Shown here piece by piece: positions 30,542 to 39,633 of a stretch of 64,000 nucleotides of DNA (position 1 is its first letter; every line of letters starts with the position of its first letter). The notes under the pieces were generated by a model. It did not search any database. It saw nothing but the letters and a program-made list of their open reading frames with translations, and had not been told where the DNA came from. The position numbers and the translations under genes are program-made. Source of the stretch: Candidatus Poribacteria bacterium (GTDB lineage Bacteria; Poribacteria; WGA-4E; PCPOR2b); the NCBI GenBank assembly GCA_965208325.1, contig OZ242326.1:32001-96000 (forward strand), written 5' to 3'.

Positions 30542-31414
30542 ATGGGTAATATCGTGGGGTTTAAGCAGAAATGGTTACACGTAGGCATCGGTTGCTTGTT
30601 CATGGCGTTTTGTACGGTTTTGGTCTTGGGTTGTGAGAAAAATAATGGGTCGTCATCACAGCAGACGACAACGACGCCCAATAATGCGAATGAAAAAGTT
30701 GAAAAACCCTCGGTACCCGGAAGTAAAACCGCCGCGGAGGCGGAAGAACTCCCATTTGAACTCGTCGAGAGTATAAAGTTCGCTGACGGCACTGAAGTGA
30801 AGTCCATCGCCAAAGCCGATATTGAAGTGCTACGAGACCGGCCTATTCATATGGGAGGGAACGACACTGATGGCGTGACGTTAACGAACGAAAAAGACGA
30901 AAAGACCCATGTTCGTACGTGTAGAGAGTATGATGCGGCACTTGAGCGAGGCTACTTCCCCTTGACAACCTACGACATTTCAATGGCATCGTGGTTCAAT
31001 ATTCCTTGCGGAACGCTCAACGAATTTCAGACAGCGGCGATTCCACAGCGGAGTTTTATTACAAACCCCAAAGCGGGAATCACCGATTTAGAATTGCTTC
31101 CGCTTTCGTTATTTCCTGAACTGTTTGATTTCAAACAGAATATTGAGAACGTGACATATCAGGATCAGGTGGAAACGGGGATGCTCAAGGTGACGGGCAT
31201 GGGTGGAAACTGGTTGAGCTGCGAGGACGTGGGATTGAAGCAACACTTGACTGAAGTGGCGCGCGCTGACTTCAATAATGACGGTATCGAAGATATTCTG
31301 CTTTCTGAGAGTGTCTCTGCCACACAAGGCTCATACCGCGACTACAAGATTACAATCTTGACGAAGAAATCAGTTGACGGTAAGTTCGAGAGGGTGCAAT
31401 TACGCAATCCCTAA
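30542..31414 (+). CDS. Hypothetical lipoprotein
   Basis: VLGC lipobox, low-complexity linker and a single ADFNNDGIEDILL (FG-GAP/Ca-binding-like) motif. Confidence 0.7.
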   Translation: MGNIVGFKQKWLHVGIGCLFMAFCTVLVLGCEKNNGSSSQQTTTTPNNANEKVEKPSVPGSKTAAEAEELPFELVESIKFADGTEVKSIAKADIEVLRDRPIHMGGNDTDGVTLTNEKDEKTHVRTCREYDAALERGYFPLTTYDISMASWFNIPCGTLNEFQTAAIPQRSFITNPKAGITDLELLPLSLFPELFDFKQNIENVTYQDQVETGMLKVTGMGGNWLSCEDVGLKQHLTEVARADFNNDGIEDILLSESVSATQGSYRDYKITILTKKSVDGKFERVQLRNP

Positions 31415-31539
31415 TGTAGTAAAACCAATAAATTTGTATACGATGTAGCAGGTTCTGATTGCAACTGCACCGTACACCGTTCACCAAATGGGCGGTTTTG
31501 GAACACGCAACTACCGAATGTTATTAAAAATGTATTAAG

Positions 31540-31568
31540 TTGACAATAGTCTATCTTGATCGCATACT
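31540..31568 (+). promoter_or_regulatory. Sigma70-type promoter for valS
   Basis: TTGACA-N17-CATACT ending 21 nt before the ATG. Confidence 0.6.
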
Positions 31569-31589
31569 GCGAGAATAAAAGGCAAATAT

Positions 31590-34232
31590 ATGACAGATAT
31601 TCCAAGTGCTTACTCGCCCCATGAAATCGAAAAGAAATGGTATACATTCTGGTTAGACAAAGGTTACTTTCGCGCTGCAGATAAGTCAGATCGCCCGCCT
31701 TTTTCAATCGTCATCCCGCCGCCAAACATTACCGGGAACCTCCACGTCGGCCACACACTGAATAATTCATTGCAAGATGCGCTCATCCGTTGGCGCAAAT
31801 TGCAAGGATTCAATACACTGTGGATGCCGGGTGTTGACCACGCTGGCATCGGTACAGAGATTATCATGGAACGAAAACTTGCCGAAACGGGAACGAGCCG
31901 GGATGAACTGGGACGCGAAAAGTTTACCGAACGGATGTGGAACTGGAAGGCGGAAACGCACTCAACTATCAGAGAGCAACTTGGACAGCTTGGTTGTTCT
32001 TGTGATTGGGCGCGGGAGCGGTTCACGATGGATGAAGGCCTATCAAAAGCTGTCCGCACCGCGTTCGTCAAGCTGTATGACGACGGTCTCATTTATCTCA
32101 GTGAGAATCTCACTAACTGGTGCCCGAATTGCGGCACCGGAATCTCCGATTTGGAAGTCAACCCGGTCGAAATTGACGGGAATCTCTACCATATCAAATA
32201 CCCAATCGAAGGATCGGGCGAATTCCTTGAAATCGCCACTACCCGCCCGGAAACGATGATTGGCGATACAGCAGTTGCTGTTCATCCTGAAGACCATCGG
32301 TATCAGCATCTCATTGGCAAGTCCGCAATACTCCCGATTCTTGAGCGTAAACTGCCGGTTATCGCCGATGAATACGTGGACCGTGAATTCGGCGTCGGTG
32401 CGTTAAAAGTCACACCGGCGCACGACCCGAACGACTACGAAATTGGACATCGACACAATCTGAAACAGATGAACATCCTCAATCCCGACGGTACACTGAA
32501 CGAAAACGCTGGGCAAGCATACCACGGTATGGATCGATTTGCATGTCGAGAAAAGCTTGTCGAGGATTTGCGCCAACGCGGATACTTAATCAAAATTCTG
32601 CCGCATCGTCACACCGTAGGGCATCACGAACGGTGCAATCAAATCATTGAACCGTACATTGCGCCGCAATGGTACTTGAACGTCAAGCCGATGGCAGAAC
32701 GCGCCATTGAGGCCGTCCGGAAAGGCGAAATCGTCATTCTTCCTAAACGTGAAGAAAAACGCTTCTTTCAGTGGATGGAAAACATTGAGCCGTGGCCGGT
32801 TTCACGTCAGCGTTGGTGGGGGCATCTCTTACCGATGTGGCACTGCCATGATTGCGGTGAGATTTCTGTAGCTATTGATACACCGCGCTGCTGCTCTCAT
32901 TGCACTTCAGATAACATCAGTCAGAGTGAGGAAGTGCTAGACACTTGGTTCAGTTCAGCGCTTTGGCCATTCTCCACAATGGGATGGCCAGATGAAAGTC
33001 CCCTATTGAAAACGTTTTATCCAACTTCCGTATTGGTTACCGGATGGGACATCCTTTTCTTCTGGGTTGCGCGCATGACGATGTTTGGTCTACAGTTTAT
33101 GGATGAGGTGCCGTTCCGCCACGTCTACCTTCACGCATTAGTTGCCGATGAACAAGGACAAAAGCAGAGCAAATCCAAGGGCAACGCCATAGATCCCGTG
33201 CCAACGATTCAGGAATACGGGGCAGACGGTTTTCGGTTCGCGCTCAGCTATTCTAACGTACCTAATCCTTATATTGCTTTAGGGCAACCTCAGATTGAAG
33301 CGGGGAAACGGTTCGCAAACAAGATTTGGAATGCCTCTCGATTTCTACTAATGAATCTTGATGGTTACGACAGTTCCGCGCCCGTTAGCGGCAATTTTCT
33401 CCTTTGTGACCGATGGATTCGTAGTCGGTTTAACCACACTGTAAACGTTGTTACGGCCGCCTTCGAAGAGTACCGATTCAGCGATGCGGCGCACGCACTG
33501 TATGAATTTTTATGGCACGAATTCTGTGATTGGTATATCGAAATCATCAAGCAACGGTTGTATTACACTGACCAACCCGATGCGAAACACACGGCGCAAA
33601 CTGTCGCCGCCCAAATCCTCGAAAGCACGATGCGCTTGCTCCACCCCATGATGCCGTTCATCACTGAAGAAATTTGGCAGCAACTGCCCCATCAAGGAGA
33701 GAGCATATTGGACGCTAGTTGGCCAAGGGCTGATGCAGTGCTGGAAGATTCAAAATCGGAAAATGCCATGAAAACCATCATGAGTGTTATCGACAGCATC
33801 CGCAGCGTTCGTGGTGAGATGAATGTCCCGCCAGCCAGCGAAATCGAGGTGTTGATTCAAGTCCCGGACGCTGATTCTCGCGAACTCCTAACCAATCACC
33901 TGGAAGAATATCTTCCAGCGTTCACGCATTTCTCAAGAATTTCTACCGCGGCACACCAAACGAAACCTGACGCAGCCGCAGCCGCAGTGATTGGCGAAAT
34001 TGTGATTTATATCCCGCTTGCGGGAATAATCGACATTGACAAGGAAAAAGCGCGTTTACAAAAACGGATCGACAAGGTAATTAAGGATTTAGACAGCACC
34101 CAGAAAACCCTCAATAATCCAAACTTCATTGAGCGGGCACCGGAGGCGGTTGTTGAACAGAGGCGTTCTCGGTTTAAGGCGCTCGAATCGGAAAAGAAGA
34201 AGTTAGCTGCGAATTTGCAGATGTTGGCGTGA
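31590..34232 (+). CDS. valS: Valine--tRNA ligase
   Basis: PPPNITGNLHVGH, TTRPET, SRQRWWGH, KQSKSKGN and C-terminal coiled coil. Confidence 0.98.
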   Translation: MTDIPSAYSPHEIEKKWYTFWLDKGYFRAADKSDRPPFSIVIPPPNITGNLHVGHTLNNSLQDALIRWRKLQGFNTLWMPGVDHAGIGTEIIMERKLAETGTSRDELGREKFTERMWNWKAETHSTIREQLGQLGCSCDWARERFTMDEGLSKAVRTAFVKLYDDGLIYLSENLTNWCPNCGTGISDLEVNPVEIDGNLYHIKYPIEGSGEFLEIATTRPETMIGDTAVAVHPEDHRYQHLIGKSAILPILERKLPVIADEYVDREFGVGALKVTPAHDPNDYEIGHRHNLKQMNILNPDGTLNENAGQAYHGMDRFACREKLVEDLRQRGYLIKILPHRHTVGHHERCNQIIEPYIAPQWYLNVKPMAERAIEAVRKGEIVILPKREEKRFFQWMENIEPWPVSRQRWWGHLLPMWHCHDCGEISVAIDTPRCCSHCTSDNISQSEEVLDTWFSSALWPFSTMGWPDESPLLKTFYPTSVLVTGWDILFFWVARMTMFGLQFMDEVPFRHVYLHALVADEQGQKQSKSKGNAIDPVPTIQEYGADGFRFALSYSNVPNPYIALGQPQIEAGKRFANKIWNASRFLLMNLDGYDSSAPVSGNFLLCDRWIRSRFNHTVNVVTAAFEEYRFSDAAHALYEFLWHEFCDWYIEIIKQRLYYTDQPDAKHTAQTVAAQILESTMRLLHPMMPFITEEIWQQLPHQGESILDASWPRADAVLEDSKSENAMKTIMSVIDSIRSVRGEMNVPPASEIEVLIQVPDADSRELLTNHLEEYLPAFTHFSRISTAAHQTKPDAAAAAVIGEIVIYIPLAGIIDIDKEKARLQKRIDKVIKDLDSTQKTLNNPNFIERAPEAVVEQRRSRFKALESEKKKLAANLQMLA

Positions 34233-34363
34233 AATGTGAAAGGAACCTAGGTGGGATATGAATGCGATAGTTGCGCGTCAAGTTTAAGAACCGTTGTGAA
34301 TTTCTCTACGCTTCCAAACATTGTCAACGGTTGTCTCTATTGCGGCTGGGTACGTTTGCTCGG

Positions 34364-35791
34364 CTAGGCGAGCCGCGGGTGCCGCCCCAACTTTTTCAGT
34401 AGTGTGTCAACCTCTTTGCCGTATGTATTGAAAGGATCCTGCATTTCAAATGGGTCTTCATGAGTAAAGTAAATTTGATGCCAATCAACAATGCAAGGCA
34501 AGCGATTTTGGGACAGATAGCGCATCACCTGTGTTCGTGCTTTTGCTCTGGTGTCCTCAGGGGCATTCTGAATAGCAACATTAAGCTGCTGATCGCTTGT
34601 TAGCCTCCTTGCGTGGCCTTGATTCTCCAATTCATAATAGAGCCCCTTTTCCGTATGCATGTGGTGATACTGCAGATCGAGACTCTCAAGCCACGGATCG
34701 TCCCAATCCAATCCTTCGTCCGCCATGAAGGTCTCAAGCAGCCATTTTTTTGCTACCCAATCAACCCGATCGGTTAAACGCTCCCAATCCGCTTCCAAGT
34801 CGTCCAAGACAGATTCCCATTCGGTCAAAACCCAATCAGTGTCTTCATCCCGGCCTTTTAGTAATTTTTGTGCCAGATTTAAATATTCACGCTGCAGTTC
34901 AACGGCGGAGATAGTTCCTCCCGAATCTAACTCGACCATCCACTTAAACGACTGATCTCTCGAAATCTGTTTAATGGCTTCAACCGGATTAAGAAGGCTC
35001 AAATCGCGGGGTCGATGCCCTTCTTCAATCAAATCGAGAATTAGAGAGGTCGTACCAACCTTCAATGCGGTTACATATTCAGACATATTGGAATCTCCGA
35101 CTAGCAGGTGCAGCCGCCGATATTTTGTGTGGTCACCCAGTGGTTCATCTCGAGTGTTGATGATTGCGCGGCTAAACTGGATCCATTCATAAATTTCTGT
35201 GACGATGTGATCTGCACGTTGAGAAATTTGGAAGCCTACAAAGTCGTCGCGGCGGCAATGGGCATCTCCAAACTCAAGAATTTCTTCGTGTCCGCCTACT
35301 CGACCTGCGCCCGCAAAAATCTGCCGTGTCACAAAAAAGGGCATCAATGTCGGAATCACAACCTTGTAGAAAGGAATATCCCGCCGGAGTTGGTAATTTT
35401 CATGGCAGCCGAATGTCGCCCCGGTGAGGTGATCCACGTTATTCTTGAAAAAAGAAACCTCCTCGCCTAACCCAATGTCGTTTAGTACGTCAGCAAGCAG
35501 CCGTTCAATAGATTTATCGTAAGCGAGAAGATCGAAAAGCTTAACGCATTCCGGCGTTGCATATTCCAGATGACCCATATCAATATAAAGCCGCCCCCCA
35601 TTGAACAGGAAACCGCCGTTGCCCGGCGGTTCGCCCCAGTCTCGATAGTGCATGTCAGAGATGCCAAGCTTTAATTCGTGGAAAACGTAATCTCTGACTC
35701 GTGCAGCGACCCCTTCAGGCGTGCCAAAAGATTGGTCGATGTTCGCCAAACATCCATATTCCGTTTCAATGCCAAATATGCGTCTACTCAC
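34364..35791 (-). CDS. pafA: Pup/UBact--protein ligase PafA homolog
   Basis: FGIETEYG, FLFNGGRLYIDMGHLEYATPEC, GCHENY, NTRDEP and RLHLLVGD motifs; lacks the Dop loop. Confidence 0.9.
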   Translation of the reverse strand: MSRRIFGIETEYGCLANIDQSFGTPEGVAARVRDYVFHELKLGISDMHYRDWGEPPGNGGFLFNGGRLYIDMGHLEYATPECVKLFDLLAYDKSIERLLADVLNDIGLGEEVSFFKNNVDHLTGATFGCHENYQLRRDIPFYKVVIPTLMPFFVTRQIFAGAGRVGGHEEILEFGDAHCRRDDFVGFQISQRADHIVTEIYEWIQFSRAIINTRDEPLGDHTKYRRLHLLVGDSNMSEYVTALKVGTTSLILDLIEEGHRPRDLSLLNPVEAIKQISRDQSFKWMVELDSGGTISAVELQREYLNLAQKLLKGRDEDTDWVLTEWESVLDDLEADWERLTDRVDWVAKKWLLETFMADEGLDWDDPWLESLDLQYHHMHTEKGLYYELENQGHARRLTSDQQLNVAIQNAPEDTRAKARTQVMRYLSQNRLPCIVDWHQIYFTHEDPFEMQDPFNTYGKEVDTLLKKLGRHPRLA

Positions 35792-35810
35792 AACGTTCCC
35801 TCATAGCGGG

Positions 35811-36647
35811 CTAAAGCCAATCTGAAATAGCTGCATTAATATCTTCCGCAGAAATCGAGCGAAACTTGCTCTTGCTTCGGCGGGATTCTTGCAAGACGCC
35901 TACATTAATCTGCCCTTGGTTCAACTCTCTCTTGAGCACGCCGTGTATGTGCTCCATGTCCATATTAAGATTACCGGGATTCTCCTCTTCGCAACGGCTG
36001 TTACCTTCCTCTACCTGCCCGGAATCTTCCGCCCCGATATAGTTCGAATTTTCAACGCTTGGGCTTACATCCCAACCGACTGCCCACGCTTCTAGCCCCA
36101 ATCGCAACGCTGAAGTAAACGAAAGGCCGGCTGAATCCGAGTTCGATAAGTGACTTTTCATCGCCGTTTCAACTTCCTCTGTGCCGCCAATAACTTCCGC
36201 CGATTGATTTGACCGCGTTGTGCCATCATAATTCAGCGCAACGAATTGATGCCCTTGTCCATGGCTGCCCAGTTCAGCCAGCAGCATTTTTATGATATAA
36301 GCGGATGCAAAAACGGCTTCAAAGGCTTGTTTTAAAGTAGGTCCCAGTACAAAATTTGAGAGTCGGTGTAGAGTGACATCATCCACCGAACTTTGAAACC
36401 CTTGTACGGAAGCGGTGTCAGTTGCCAGCATGCGCAAACGTTCGATATCCGCAGTGTGTCCGATTGCCGACAGCGCTAGGCGGTCGTGGACTTCGAAGAT
36501 TTTACGCTGACCGCGCCCGATTGTCAAAAGCAACATACCCTCATCGTAGCTTAATCCAACTACAGGGCTTCCCATTCGTAGTTGGTCTTCAATGTAGTCG
36601 CGCCGATTGTTGATTGCTTCAATCCAGCGATATGGCTCATCCAACAT
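35811..36647 (-). CDS. prcA: 20S proteasome alpha subunit
   Basis: GSPVVG...RKIFEVHDRL..SAIG..ADIERLR pattern; operon position after prcB. Confidence 0.85.
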   Translation of the reverse strand: MLDEPYRWIEAINNRRDYIEDQLRMGSPVVGLSYDEGMLLLTIGRGQRKIFEVHDRLALSAIGHTADIERLRMLATDTASVQGFQSSVDDVTLHRLSNFVLGPTLKQAFEAVFASAYIIKMLLAELGSHGQGHQFVALNYDGTTRSNQSAEVIGGTEEVETAMKSHLSNSDSAGLSFTSALRLGLEAWAVGWDVSPSVENSNYIGAEDSGQVEEGNSRCEEENPGNLNMDMEHIHGVLKRELNQGQINVGVLQESRRSKSKFRSISAEDINAAISDWL

Positions 36648-37443
36648 GGTCTGTCTCAACAGATTGACTATAAATTTGGCTTAATTGTTCAACCGAAAGA
36701 TCGCGAATCCCGTCCTTTGTAATGGTTTTGACGGTTGGAAAAATTTTTGATTTTGGATTATACCCGCTTGTCGCGGAATCATATTCTGAAGCCGCATCAA
36801 GAAGTCTTAAGATATTGATTGTAGCTTGACGCTCGTCCATTTCGATAAGACGTACATCTCCCCAGCGATTCACATGATACAACACACCGCGAATCCACAC
36901 GGAACCAGAACCGGACGTTGCAAAATCCGCGCTTTCAAAGTGAGCGCCGAGCGCATCGTAAAAAAAGATTTGCCCCCCGTTTGCACCGCCGCTCTGCAGA
37001 TTATAGACGGCGAAGATTGGAATTACGCCTCCAATGCCTTGCAATGCCATTGGCAAATTCTCGCGAATCAGGCGCGAGAGCATTCGAAGCTTTCCCTCTA
37101 TGCTCAACTCTTGAAGCTGACTGCGGCGAAAATACTGGAACGAATGTTCTAGCACACGTGCCATTTCATAAGCCACGGCAGGCGCTCCCGAGATGGCCAA
37201 CACGGAAAATTCATCAATTTGCAGGACTTTTTCCGCGCGATCATAAATGACCGCCGTACCCGCCGTTGCACGTCGATCGCCGCCGATGATGACACCGTCC
37301 TTGTACCGTGTTGCGACTACTGTTGTACCTTCTGTCCATTCGGGATGATTCGAAGGTGTGTTTATAGATCCGGCAGGCGGATCAATCTGAATCTGGCAGT
37401 CATGTGCTTTCAAAAGATCAAGAAAGTCACCCTTATTCTCCAT
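36637..37443 (-). CDS. prcB: 20S proteasome beta subunit
   Basis: Propeptide followed by G|TTVVA (catalytic Thr1), GDRRATAG and SGSGS motifs. Confidence 0.93.
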   Translation of the reverse strand: MENKGDFLDLLKAHDCQIQIDPPAGSINTPSNHPEWTEGTTVVATRYKDGVIIGGDRRATAGTAVIYDRAEKVLQIDEFSVLAISGAPAVAYEMARVLEHSFQYFRRSQLQELSIEGKLRMLSRLIRENLPMALQGIGGVIPIFAVYNLQSGGANGGQIFFYDALGAHFESADFATSGSGSVWIRGVLYHVNRWGDVRLIEMDERQATINILRLLDAASEYDSATSGYNPKSKIFPTVKTITKDGIRDLSVEQLSQIYSQSVETDHVG

Positions 37444-37445
37444 GC

Positions 37446-37646
37446 CTATTCACCTGTTCGCTGCCGATACCGCCGCGATTGATCTTTATCAACACGCTTC
37501 ATCCGGCGGAGCAACTCTTTTGTGTCTGGCTTATTAACATCCGGACGTTTCGGCCCCTCATCTTCGCCATCGCCCCCGCCGCTATCAAGCGGCTTTGCGG
37601 GCCTTCGGATGCGGTCTCGAAAAAGGGCAATATCATATGTAGTCAT
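37446..37646 (-). CDS. ubact: Ubiquitin-like modifier UBact
   Basis: 66-aa disordered protein ending ELLRRMKRVD..QSRRYRQRTGE (UBact-type R[TS]G[EQ] terminus) directly upstream of prcB; GGAGG RBS. Confidence 0.9.
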   Translation of the reverse strand: MTTYDIALFRDRIRRPAKPLDSGGGDGEDEGPKRPDVNKPDTKELLRRMKRVDKDQSRRYRQRTGE

Positions 37647-37909
37647 GCTTATTTCCTCCTTTGCGGGGATTCATGGGTTTGAAAACGCCAGCCGTCACCC
37701 GATAAACTTACTAGTTTAAGATTTTCTCTAGACGTAACAAGTCATCTACTCGTTGGCAAGGAAGAAGTTATCAATCTCTAACTTGTATAATTATGTTCAG
37801 TGTGTGCAAATCAACATAGGGGAAACGAATTTTGCATTCGTTATACGCGGGATACACCCGTTGTGCTACCCACCTTGAAAAATCTCTTGCTGCGCCAGGA
37901 TGCTTCTCC

Positions 37910-39430
37910 CTACGCCTTACGCAACCCCAGATTCTCAAGTAACGCTTCAACTGTTTGGGACTGGTTTAGAATACGGTTGTATTTCTCTGAAATTTCTGGA
38001 CTGGCAAGTTGGTTCATGTTCACGGTAAACGGCTGCCCTTTGGAGTTGAATGTGATACTGTCCCATTGCACAGATTTGACGTGAGAACGAAATTTATGCA
38101 GCGATTTACCTCTAAAATATGCGCGAGTGTCAGCCGGCGGATTCTGAATCGCTTCTTCAATCTGTTGATCGGTAACGACGCGCTGCATTAACCCTTGGGC
38201 TTCCAATCCATAATATAACCCTGCGTCGCAATCAATGTTGTGATACTCCAGGTCAAGGCTCTGTAACCACGTATCGTCCCAACCAAGGTTTTCTTCATCA
38301 ATAAAGGTATCTAGCAGCCATTTTTTGGCGACCCAGTCGAGTTGGCTTCTCAGCTCCATCGGTTCTTTTTCAAGCGAATCTAGCACTGATTCCCATTCGG
38401 CAAGTACCCAATCCGTCTCATCGTTTTTTGCGTTAAGATGTTTTTGGGCTAAAGCGAGATATTCCCGCTGAAGATTTACCGCCGAAATTGTCTTTCCGTT
38501 ATTCAACTTCAACATCCATTCATAAGTCTGATCGCGGGAAATTTCTTTGATTGCGTGAGTCGGCTGCTGGACCGTAAAATCGTCTGGGATTCGATTCTCC
38601 TCAATTAAATCTATGACTAGCGTCGTCGTGCCAATCTTTAGCGCCGTAGCATACTCTGACATATTCGCATCACCGACAATGCCGTGCAAGCGGCGGAATT
38701 TAGTGGGATCAGCATGTGGTTCGTCCCGCGTATTCACGATGGGGCGGTTGTGCATCGTATCAACGCTCGCTTCAACATGAAAAAAATCTGAGCGCTGCGC
38801 GAGTTGAAACAAACCCGCTGAATTCAGGCCCGACTCGGTTTCGATTCCTACTTTGCCGGCGCCTGCAAAAATTTGCCTCGTAATCAAAAACGGCATGATA
38901 CTCTCTTTGAGATATTCAAAAGGGATGTCACGCCGCATTAGGTAGTTATCATGACAGCCGTAACTGTGTCCGTGAAAATCAGTGTTGTTTTTATATAGGA
39001 CTACCCGCTTGCCTATTTCTAGACTCCGTCTCGACGCACATCGTTGAAGTATCCGCTCGCCGCTCTTATCATGGGCAACTAGCTGAAAAAGACTGCGGCA
39101 TTCAGCCGTGGAGTATTCAGGATGTGCATGGTCGTTGTATAGACGAGCACCGTTGTTTAGAATTAAGTCGCTCTTGATTTCAAGTGCAGACAGATTGCGA
39201 TGCCGGTCCGCTGCCTGGTGACTCCGCTCATCTGGGTGTTCCTCCAGTGTCTTTGCGCGGAAGCCGCGCACATCTTGTAACGGGTCCTCGCCGCTGTAAT
39301 CCCACATCGGATAAAAATCGCCGTGTCTATAACTCTTGATTAATTCGATGGATTGTTGGACTGGATCGATGTTGTCCTCGCCTTCAATTGTAATGCCGTA
39401 TTCCGTTTCGATTCCCAAGAGTCTTTGCAT
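37910..39430 (-). CDS. dop: Dop homolog (deamidase/de-conjugase)
   Basis: LGIETEYG, Dop loop WDYSGEDPLQDVRG, LYNDHAHPEYS and RPIVNTRDEPH. ATG at 39430. Confidence 0.9.
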   Translation of the reverse strand: MQRLLGIETEYGITIEGEDNIDPVQQSIELIKSYRHGDFYPMWDYSGEDPLQDVRGFRAKTLEEHPDERSHQAADRHRNLSALEIKSDLILNNGARLYNDHAHPEYSTAECRSLFQLVAHDKSGERILQRCASRRSLEIGKRVVLYKNNTDFHGHSYGCHDNYLMRRDIPFEYLKESIMPFLITRQIFAGAGKVGIETESGLNSAGLFQLAQRSDFFHVEASVDTMHNRPIVNTRDEPHADPTKFRRLHGIVGDANMSEYATALKIGTTTLVIDLIEENRIPDDFTVQQPTHAIKEISRDQTYEWMLKLNNGKTISAVNLQREYLALAQKHLNAKNDETDWVLAEWESVLDSLEKEPMELRSQLDWVAKKWLLDTFIDEENLGWDDTWLQSLDLEYHNIDCDAGLYYGLEAQGLMQRVVTDQQIEEAIQNPPADTRAYFRGKSLHKFRSHVKSVQWDSITFNSKGQPFTVNMNQLASPEISEKYNRILNQSQTVEALLENLGLRKA

Positions 39431-39515
39431 AATTATTAGAATGCGTCGTCCTGAATCCTCCCGTTTACGAATGGGGAGTTGGAGGGGGTGATAACACGGT
39501 TGCAGCAATTCCACC

Positions 39516-39586
39516 GGGATGCCCAAATCGTAGGGGTTGGGCATCCCTATCCACTAAATGGCGTTTCCTACCCCTTACGAAGGGGA
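39516..39586. repeat. REP-like palindromes between arc and dop
   Basis: GGGATGCCCAA...TTGGGCATCCC 11-bp stem containing GTAGGGG, plus a CCCCTT-ACG-AAGGGG hairpin. Confidence 0.55.
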
Positions 39587-39633
39587 CGTTAGCGGGGGTA
39601 GAATCACTTTTACGGACAGATCCGCACCAATGC

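Noticed and set aside
37446..37646. Calling the modifier Pup
   Set aside because: The C-terminus is RTGE with the UBact-like LLRRMKRVD core, not Pup's GG[EQ].
39431..39544. N-terminal extension of dop in the ORF track
   Set aside because: It runs through REP-like hairpins; homology starts at MQRLLGIETEYG (39430).
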